The notes beneath the pieces are model-generated. The model ran no database searches. It had not been told where the DNA came from and was given only the letters and a program-made list of their open reading frames with translations. Positions 44,036 to 50,705 of a stretch of DNA of 64,000 bases are shown here, piece after piece. Position 1 is the stretch's first letter; every line of letters starts with the position of its first letter. The translations under genes and the position numbers were made by a program. Source of the DNA: Bacteroidales bacterium (lineage in GTDB: Bacteria; Bacteroidota; Bacteroidia; Bacteroidales; F082); NCBI GenBank assembly GCA_045627065.1, contig JAZQMX010000048.1:13014-77013 (forward strand), in the 5' to 3' direction.

Positions 44036-45700
44036 ATGAGAAAAAGAAAAAAGATTGTCGCTCTTGTTGCATTGTCCCTTTTTGTTATAGGCTTCCTTTT
44101 ACTCTATGCCTTCGGGCCAGTGACGGGTGAAATGCCACTTTGGATGTCGATATTGCCTCCATTGGTTGCTATCATAATGGCTTTGTTGATCAAAGAGGTG
44201 TTGTCGTCGTTGTTCGTGGGTGTCCTTACGGGCACCTTCATCATGGCTTTATATGCGGGCAACAGTCCGGCTGCGGCATTGGGCGGAGGTGTGCTGCGCG
44301 TGGTGGATACCTATATCGTAAACTCAGTCTTCGATGCTGACCATGTGAAGATCATCGTCTTCACCTTGCTGATTGGTGGCATGGTGCGCGTCATCACGGT
44401 GAATGGTGGTATGCAGGGCATTGTCAATTGGCTGTCGCGAAAGGCCAAATCTGCAAGGTCGGGACAGCTGATGACTTTCATGATGGACCTTTGCATCTTC
44501 TTTGACGACTATTCCAATACCCTTGTAGTGGGCAACACGATGCGGCCAGTGACTGACAAACTGAAGATTTCTCGCGAAAAACTTTCCTATATCGTCGATT
44601 CCACTTCGGCTCCTGTTGTGGCCGTGGCCTTTGTCACCACATGGATCGGCGCTGAGTTGAGCTATATCCAGCAAGGTGTTGATTCCGTGGGGTTACAGGT
44701 CTCAGCCTACTCGGTGTTCTTCCATTCCTTGGCCTACAGTTTCTATCCTTTTCTTACCTTGGCTTTCGTGTTGCTGCTGATTGTGAGTGGCCGCGACTAT
44801 GGTCCTATGCTGAAAGCCGAAAGAAAGGCTCGCCAGGCGGAATCGAGTGTGGATTGCCGTGACGAGTCAGAACGGAAAGAAGCGCATATCATTGACGCTT
44901 TGCTGCCGTTGCTGGTGCTGATTTTTGGGACAATCATCGGACTGTTAGCCACGGGATATGATGCTTCGGTTTGGGGTGCCAATTCAGGTTTCTTTACCAA
45001 GATTTCGGCTACTATCGGTCAGGCCGATTCCTATCAGGCCTTGTTATGGTCTTCTATCTTGTCGCTGCTGACAGCTATCGTCATCACTTTGCTGCGAGGC
45101 ACACTTGCGTTTTCCAAGTTGATGGAGGAAATTGTTGAAGGGCTCAAGACGATGTTCAATGCGGTGGTAATCCTTACCATGGCTTGGTCTATTGCCTTGG
45201 TTACCAAAGATATGCATACGGCTGAATTTGTCTCACAATTGTTGCTGAAATGGTCGCTCGCGCCTGCGCTTGTCCCCGTCTTGACGTTTGTGTTGGCTTG
45301 CTTGATTGGCTTCTCGACGGGAACTTCATGGGGCACGATGGCCATCCTTTATCCTTTGATTTTGCCCGCTTCGTGGCTGTTGTGTCAAGAGCAAGGCCTT
45401 TCGGTTGATGCCTCCATGCCGTTGTTCTACAATGTGGTGGCATCGGTGATGGCGGGTGCTGTCATGGGCGACCACTGTTCGCCGATTTCCGACACTACGA
45501 TAATGAGTTCGATGGCATCGGGATGCAATCACCTGAGTCATGTGAGTACGCAGATGCCTTATGCCTTTACAGTGGGCACTGTAGCCTTGGTTGCTGGTGT
45601 CGCTCCTACGGCCTTCGGCTTGCCTTCGTGGGTTGCTTTCCTCATCGCTTTCGCTGTGTTGGCGGCTATTGTGCGTTTCGTCGGCAAGAAAGTCTCATAA
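44036..45700 (+). CDS. Na+/H+ antiporter NhaC-family membrane transporter
   Basis: 554 aa and polytopic. The overall pattern is NhaC-like (e.g. FFDDYSNTLVVGNTMRP, GDHCSPISDTTIMSS). Confidence 0.8.
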   Translation: MRKRKKIVALVALSLFVIGFLLLYAFGPVTGEMPLWMSILPPLVAIIMALLIKEVLSSLFVGVLTGTFIMALYAGNSPAAALGGGVLRVVDTYIVNSVFDADHVKIIVFTLLIGGMVRVITVNGGMQGIVNWLSRKAKSARSGQLMTFMMDLCIFFDDYSNTLVVGNTMRPVTDKLKISREKLSYIVDSTSAPVVAVAFVTTWIGAELSYIQQGVDSVGLQVSAYSVFFHSLAYSFYPFLTLAFVLLLIVSGRDYGPMLKAERKARQAESSVDCRDESERKEAHIIDALLPLLVLIFGTIIGLLATGYDASVWGANSGFFTKISATIGQADSYQALLWSSILSLLTAIVITLLRGTLAFSKLMEEIVEGLKTMFNAVVILTMAWSIALVTKDMHTAEFVSQLLLKWSLAPALVPVLTFVLACLIGFSTGTSWGTMAILYPLILPASWLLCQEQGLSVDASMPLFYNVVASVMAGAVMGDHCSPISDTTIMSSMASGCNHLSHVSTQMPYAFTVGTVALVAGVAPTAFGLPSWVAFLIAFAVLAAIVRFVGKKVS

Positions 45701-45707
45701 ATTTTTG

Positions 45708-45715
45708 TATTTTTG
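45708..45715 (+). promoter_or_regulatory. -7 box (TATTTTTG) for dprA-rsgA
   Basis: Matches TAnnTTTG, just after the nhaC-family stop. Confidence 0.45.
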
Positions 45716-45723
45716 CAACGCTA

Positions 45724-46833
45724 TTGAACATTGTGAATACCGACCTCAAATATCGAATTGCCTTGACGCTTCTGCCTGGTGTTGGCGACATCATCGGGAA
45801 GAAGTTCGTCGCTTATTGTGGCAGTGCCGAAGCCATTTTCAAGGAAACACGCAAGTCGTTGGAGAAGATTTCGGGCATGCGCGAAGTCACCATCGATGCT
45901 ATTGTCAAGCCTAAGGAATACCTGAATCGTGCTGATGATGAGCTGAAATTCATTGAGGAACACGACGTTCGCCCAATTTTTTATCTCGATGCCGATTATC
46001 CGCGACGTCTCTTGCAGTGCGAGGATAGTCCAATGATGCTATATTATAAAGGTAAGGCTAATCTCAATGCTAACCGTGTGGTGGCTATTGTCGGTACGCG
46101 AAATATCACCGAATATGGCAAGGAAAACTGTTTGCAACTGGTTGAAGACTTGGTTGATGACAATGTGTTGATTGTCAGTGGGCTGGCATACGGAGTGGAT
46201 ACGACAGCGCATAAGGCATCGGTGAAAAATGGTATTCCGACGGTGGGTGTGATGGGCTGTGGCTTGCAGCAAGTCTATCCTGCCGTGAACAAGAAACTGG
46301 CTGCCGACATGATTGAGCAGGGTGGGGGCGTGCTCACCGAATGCATGAGTGGCACTGCGCCCGACCGTGAGAACTTCCCGCGTCGCAACCGCATCATTGC
46401 TGGCATGGCCGATGCTGTGGTGGTTATCGAGTCGGCACTGAAAGGCGGATCCCTCATCACCGCTGATTTGGGCAATAGCTATAGCCGCGACGTGTTTGCC
46501 TATCCGGGTCGCGTCATGGACATCTACAGCCAAGGCTGCAACTACCTGATTCGCACCAACCGCGCTCATCTGATGGAAAGCGTACTCAACCTGCGTTATG
46601 TGATGGGCTGGGACTCGCAAAAGAAAGTCGAGAAACAAACGGCTTTGTTCCGCGAATATACTGAGGAGGAAAAACTTGTGATAGACAGTTTCGGCTCGAA
46701 TGCTGTCGTCAGTTTGGACGACATCATCGTCAACTCGGGTCTGCCTACGACGAAAATAGCAGCCATTTTACTGAGCCTCGAATTCGACGGTGTGTTGATG
46801 GCTTTGCCTGGAAAACGATACCAAAAATGTTGA
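45724..46833 (+). CDS. dprA: DNA-processing protein DprA
   Basis: Signatures are LTLLPGVGDIIGKKF, VVAIVGTRNITEYG, SGLAYGVDTTAH and FPRRNRIIAG. The track ORF began inside the upstream gene. The start is placed at the in-frame TTG at 45724 (GTG at 45733 is an alternative), since no ATG lies near the N-terminus. Confidence 0.85.
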   Translation: MNIVNTDLKYRIALTLLPGVGDIIGKKFVAYCGSAEAIFKETRKSLEKISGMREVTIDAIVKPKEYLNRADDELKFIEEHDVRPIFYLDADYPRRLLQCEDSPMMLYYKGKANLNANRVVAIVGTRNITEYGKENCLQLVEDLVDDNVLIVSGLAYGVDTTAHKASVKNGIPTVGVMGCGLQQVYPAVNKKLAADMIEQGGGVLTECMSGTAPDRENFPRRNRIIAGMADAVVVIESALKGGSLITADLGNSYSRDVFAYPGRVMDIYSQGCNYLIRTNRAHLMESVLNLRYVMGWDSQKKVEKQTALFREYTEEEKLVIDSFGSNAVVSLDDIIVNSGLPTTKIAAILLSLEFDGVLMALPGKRYQKC

Positions 46834-47771
46834 TTATGAGAGGAAAGGTCATCAAATCGACAGGAAGCTGGTACATCGTTTTGGACGAAGCAGGCCGCCA
46901 ATGGGAATGCCGTTTGAGAGGCAAAATCCGCTTGGATGGCTTGCGCTCCACTAACCCTGTTGCCGTGGGCGACAATGTGTTTTTTGAGCAAGAACCAGGG
47001 AAGGATACGGCAGTTATCAAGAGCATCGAGACGCGTAACAATCTGATTGTTCGCAAGTCGGTGAACTTGAGTAAGGCCTCGCATATCATCGCCGCCAATG
47101 TGGATTTGGCCATTGTGGTGGCAACCATCGCACAACCGAGAACCTCCACGGGTTTTATCGACCGTTTTTTGGTCACAGCCGAAGCCTATCATATTCCTAC
47201 GGCATTGATTTTCAACAAGTGTGACCTTTATACCGAAGACCAAATTGGCGACATGTGCGTGCTGATGGAGTATTACCAGAGCATCGGCTACACTACGTTT
47301 GGCGTGTCGGCCAAGACGGGTTTCCAGATTGACGAGTTGCGCGACCTGATGCGGGGCAAGATTTGTCTCTTTTCGGGACATTCTGGCGTGGGCAAGTCAG
47401 CCTTGGTGAATGCCCTCGACCCGAACTTGAATGTCCGCATCGGCGAGATTTCGGATGTCCACGAAAAAGGCAAGCATACCACCACCTTTGCGGAGATGCA
47501 TCATCTCGACTTCGGCGCTTGGATTGTGGATACCCCTGGCATCAAGGAGTTTGCCTTGTACGACCTTGAGAAAGAGACCCTTGCCCAACGTTTCCCCGAG
47601 ATGCGTGAGTTGATGAGCGAATGCCGTTTCAACAACTGCACGCACATGCACGAACCCGGCTGTGCCGTGAAGCAAGCCTTGGAAAATGGTGACATCGCCG
47701 ATTGGCGCTACATCAACTACGTTCGCATGATGAACGACGAAGACCACGACTCCGTGAAGGACGAAGGGTGA
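46827..47771 (+). CDS. rsgA: Ribosome small-subunit-dependent GTPase A
   Basis: An OB-fold N-terminus, the circularly permuted GTPase motifs NKCDL and GHSGVGKSALVNAL, and a zinc motif, CRFNNCTHMHEPGC. It overlaps the dprA stop. Confidence 0.93.
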   Translation: MLIMRGKVIKSTGSWYIVLDEAGRQWECRLRGKIRLDGLRSTNPVAVGDNVFFEQEPGKDTAVIKSIETRNNLIVRKSVNLSKASHIIAANVDLAIVVATIAQPRTSTGFIDRFLVTAEAYHIPTALIFNKCDLYTEDQIGDMCVLMEYYQSIGYTTFGVSAKTGFQIDELRDLMRGKICLFSGHSGVGKSALVNALDPNLNVRIGEISDVHEKGKHTTTFAEMHHLDFGAWIVDTPGIKEFALYDLEKETLAQRFPEMRELMSECRFNNCTHMHEPGCAVKQALENGDIADWRYINYVRMMNDEDHDSVKDEG

Positions 47772-47910
47772 TTATTCTTCATGTCTCTTATCCCGCCTAT
47801 AATCTGATTTCAGGAACGATGCAGTCTGCTTCGGAATGAAGCGAACTTCCTGTAAAACATAATTTATTGATTTTGACGGTGCAAAGATAAATAATTTTTG
47901 TCAATGCAAA

Positions 47911-47963
47911 TGAAAATCGGGACTTTTTCCTATGTTTTTATGGTGAAAATCGGGACTTTTTCC
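47911..47963. repeat. Two direct copies of a 20-nt unit (33-nt spacing)
   Basis: tgaaaatcgggactttttcc occurs at 47911-47930 and 47944-47963. Confidence 0.9.
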
Positions 47964-48006
47964 ATGCTTGCTGCTGAAAATTGAACACGTTGCAAGCAAA
48001 ATCCAT

Positions 48007-48045
48007 GGTTCTTAATTCATAAATCATTATCTTTGCGGCAAATAA
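48007..48045. repeat. Left copy of a perfect 39-bp direct repeat (carries the -7 box TATCTTTG at 48028-48035)
   Basis: ggttcttaattcataaatcattatctttgcggcaaataa is identical to 50653-50691. Weaker similarity extends about 45 nt further left (cgttgcaagcaaaat / cgtcgcaagcaaaat; atgctt). Confidence 0.95.
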
Positions 48046-48081
48046 ACGTTTTTTTCCTTGACAAACACATTTTTTATTTTA

Positions 48082-48089
48082 TAACTTTG
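48082..48089 (+). promoter_or_regulatory. -7 box (TAACTTTG) at the head of the islet
   Basis: Matches TAnnTTTG, with ttgacaaa about 30 nt upstream. It lies about 390 nt upstream of the first islet CDS. Confidence 0.45.
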
Positions 48090-48197
48090 CAGCGACAATC
48101 ACAACGAAGATGAAACGCATGGGCCAAATAGGGTCTTATCTACGCTCCATCCTTTGCTGCACGGCAAAGCGGTTGAATGATTCCGTGATTTTCTTTA

Positions 48198-48207
48198 CCC
48201 CCCCCCC
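48198..48207. repeat. C10 homopolymer tract
   Basis: ctttaCCCCCCCCCCtgtg has ten consecutive C by direct count. It lies in the islet leader, within a 53-codon sORF (48110-48271). Confidence 0.95.
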
Positions 48208-48477
48208 TGTGCGATATACTGATAAGCAATGCATTACGATTTATTGTAGTGGATTGTGTATTTTCGTGTGAGAAAGCGGGCGAAGTTCTTTGGCATTTTG
48301 GGAAAAATCGTTTCATTGGGTGGTCGCCTCGCAATAAGTTGGCCAAACAGCCGTTTGCGGGGTAAAGCCAAATAGAGGCAAGGGAGAAACACTCTTCGTG
48401 CTGAGGGAAGGTCAAACCAAGGCATGGGTTTGGCGTGATGACCAAATGAAACGATAATCAATTAAAATTTGAACAAT

Positions 48478-49197
48478 ATGAAAACTAAAAAATACATTAT
48501 TGCCGCCATACTGCTTGTGGTGGCTGTCGCTGCTACCGTTTTGATGGGATGCAAGAAGGAAAAACTTGAATATAGTTGCAATCCTGAAATTGATAAATGG
48601 GCTAAGAAGAATGCAGAGTTGTTCGCCTCTGCAAGTAGAGAACAAGTAGCCATGCTTCCTCTCGAATATCAGCAAGCTGCCTTTCGAACCCTTTCTCCCT
48701 TGCGGAAGTATAGAATATGGAAAGAAAAGATGACCATCATTCGTAGCAATTGGGATGAACCAGTCCAATTTAAGATAGATGAGATTTTGAAAGAGTTCGA
48801 TTCTTCTTGGTATGTGTCAAAACAAGATTTAGAGAAACATGTTGATTTTATTAAGAAATGGGAAGATGATATGTTGAGACATTATTTGGACACGACGGAT
48901 TATGTCATCAATTTTTATCTCTTAGCTACTCCAGAGGAAATCGATGTTTACTTAAATTATCCAGAAACTATTGACTATTCTTGGGTGATATTTCCAAGAG
49001 AGCATAGCAAGGATGTGCCAGGAGGAAACCAATCCACAAAAACAAAATGTATGTGTAGCACCAATATCTCGTGTTCTCTTTTCGGAAATGGCACTTGTAC
49101 TAATACGGAATGTGAACAAACTTCAGGAGGCTGTGGCCTTTTTGGTGCATTTGACTGTAGGAAAGATTGTACTTATGGGGCTAGTGTAATAAAGTGA
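48478..49197 (+). CDS. Lipoprotein with a C-terminal 8-Cys domain resembling fulvocin C-type bacteriocins
   Basis: The lipobox is ...AATVLMGC. The C-terminus is KCMCSTNISCSLFGNGTCTNTECEQTSGGCGLFGAFDCRKDCTYG. The gene is AT-rich. Start at the ATG at 48478 (the track's TTG is at 48469). Confidence 0.6.
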   Translation: MKTKKYIIAAILLVVAVAATVLMGCKKEKLEYSCNPEIDKWAKKNAELFASASREQVAMLPLEYQQAAFRTLSPLRKYRIWKEKMTIIRSNWDEPVQFKIDEILKEFDSSWYVSKQDLEKHVDFIKKWEDDMLRHYLDTTDYVINFYLLATPEEIDVYLNYPETIDYSWVIFPREHSKDVPGGNQSTKTKCMCSTNISCSLFGNGTCTNTECEQTSGGCGLFGAFDCRKDCTYGASVIK

Positions 49198-49207
49198 GAA
49201 TGTTCTT

Positions 49208-50416
49208 ATGCCATCATTAGGTAAATGGTTTGAAACGGCCTTATTGTTGAGCGTTTGCTTTTTTGCAATCGTTTTTCTCCGTTGTGCTTATTGTCTTGAC
49301 GAAGATAATTCGATTTGGATTTTGCGCTCTGGAATTGCCATTGGCTATTTTTCGGAAGTGTATGTCGTATTTAGTAAGAAGATTCACAAAAGGCTCATTC
49401 ACGCCGTAATATTCGCTATTATGTCAGCCGGTATTGCCTTTGTCGCTCTCAGATACCGCAATGGCATAAATCCTTTGATGATGATTGTTTTTCCGGCTTG
49501 CTTTGTGGTCCCGATGGTAGTTGTTTACCTTATTTCAATACTGCCAATTTCAGAAATCTTGAAGAAAGCGAGTATTCTTTCTCTATTTGTTTTTGTCAGT
49601 TGTGCTTTCACTTGCGTATTAGGAAATGAAATCAAGAATGCTATTAGCGCATTGTTTGGAATTTTATTGTATTATTATACTGTTAAGGACAGAGATGAAT
49701 CTCCGACTAAGTTAGGTGTGCTTGCCATTTTTGTCGGTAGTTTTGCAATGTTGACATTGATGTTCGGAAGTATCAACCATACATTGTTCCCAATAGTTTC
49801 TTATATGGTTTCACTATGTGTATCATATATCATTATTCAGTATGTAAATTCAAAGAAAAAATGTTTTTTTGTTCTGGGAATATGGGCAATTACCCAAGTT
49901 GGAATGTCTCTGTGGCTGACTGAGCCTTCTGCTACGCTACTTATGTCGTATTCTAAGGAACATCGGGAACAATTAGCATTGACGAAATGTGATTGCCATC
50001 CTAACTATCTAATGATTACAAATAATAATGACACGATTTCGCCATCTTCATCAAGTGGGAAGACCATGGTTTTTTTGTTCTGGACTAGCGGATGTGGATA
50101 TTGCCATGAACGATTCAATGATTTTTCAGGGCTCGCATCTCAATTTGAGGATGATTCGTCAGTTATGTTTGTCTCGGCGTTTTTGCCAACTAAGGACGAC
50201 TCAGCTTATTATTGTGAAATGTTGAAGGAACGGTATGATTTTATTTGGGCAAAGACAGAAGCTCCAGAGATGATTAAAGAAGAATTGAAATTCAATGCAG
50301 TTCCTCATCTTGTTATTTTAAAAAATGATGGCAGTGTCGGGTATAATGGTTTATATTCAAACACATTTGTATATGACCCTGCGAGAATTATCAAAAGGTA
50401 TAGAAAGATACGATAG
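49208..50416 (+). CDS. Polytopic membrane protein fused to a C-terminal TlpA-like thioredoxin domain (CGYC)
   Basis: About 8-9 hydrophobic helices, then VFLFWTSGCGYCHERF...AVPHLVILKNDG. Additional Cys pairs are RCAYC and CAFTC. It starts 10 nt after the preceding CDS. Confidence 0.75.
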   Translation: MPSLGKWFETALLLSVCFFAIVFLRCAYCLDEDNSIWILRSGIAIGYFSEVYVVFSKKIHKRLIHAVIFAIMSAGIAFVALRYRNGINPLMMIVFPACFVVPMVVVYLISILPISEILKKASILSLFVFVSCAFTCVLGNEIKNAISALFGILLYYYTVKDRDESPTKLGVLAIFVGSFAMLTLMFGSINHTLFPIVSYMVSLCVSYIIIQYVNSKKKCFFVLGIWAITQVGMSLWLTEPSATLLMSYSKEHREQLALTKCDCHPNYLMITNNNDTISPSSSSGKTMVFLFWTSGCGYCHERFNDFSGLASQFEDDSSVMFVSAFLPTKDDSAYYCEMLKERYDFIWAKTEAPEMIKEELKFNAVPHLVILKNDGSVGYNGLYSNTFVYDPARIIKRYRKIR

Positions 50417-50463
50417 ATTTATGGGCAAGTAGCGGACTAAAATATCCATTATAGTAATGGTCA

Positions 50464-50501
50464 AAACGAGGGTGGCTATTTTAGGTTTCCCTCGTTTTTT
50501 T
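50464..50501 (+). terminator. Intrinsic terminator of the islet operon
   Basis: aaaCGAGGGtggctattttaggtttCCCTCGttttttt has a stem followed by a T7 run. Confidence 0.75.
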
Positions 50502-50652
50502 GCGAGTTTTTTTAACTTATCGCCTCTGCGTCGGGCTTATTCAAGGATTTGTTCATGCTACTATAATGGTATAGTCTTTCCATAGATTGGGAATCTCCCT
50601 ATGCTTCCCGCAAAACATTACATTCGTCGCAAGCAAAATTCGCGTAATTCGC

Positions 50653-50691
50653 GGTTCTTAATTCATAAATCATTATCTTTGCGGCAAATAA
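50653..50691. repeat. Right copy of the perfect 39-bp direct repeat (the -7 box TATCTTTG at 50674-50681 drives the M28 peptidase gene)
   Basis: Identical to 48007-48045. It lies 15 nt upstream of the ATG at 50706. Confidence 0.95.
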
Positions 50692-50705
50692 TAATTTCAA
50701 TTCTT

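Noticed and set aside
46596-47381. A 261-aa minus-strand ORF across the dprA/rsgA junction. Similar minus-strand ORFs lie at 51555-52466, 55127-56044 and 57037-57738.
   Set aside because: Each is antisense to a well-supported gene (rsgA, the M28 peptidase, uppS, bamA). None has a signal or catalytic motif.
48272-48468. A known riboswitch in the islet leader.
   Set aside because: I could not find the conserved cores of the TPP, cobalamin, SAM, glycine, c-di-GMP, fluoride, ZTP or ykkC classes by eye. It is reported only as an unclassified, possibly structured leader.
48140-48768. Minus-strand ORFs of 63-118 aa in the islet leader and the 5' end of the lipoprotein gene.
   Set aside because: They overlap the better-supported plus-strand lipoprotein gene or the leader. 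No motifs or signal peptides were seen.
50601-50705. 5' extensions of track ORFs upstream of obvious signal peptides. Examples are 50601, 21311, 24737, 24771, 37493, 39141, 8856, 30311 and 45523.
   Set aside because: The extensions run through promoter boxes, terminators or neighbouring genes. Internal ATG (or, for dprA, TTG) starts give canonical N-termini or signal peptides.
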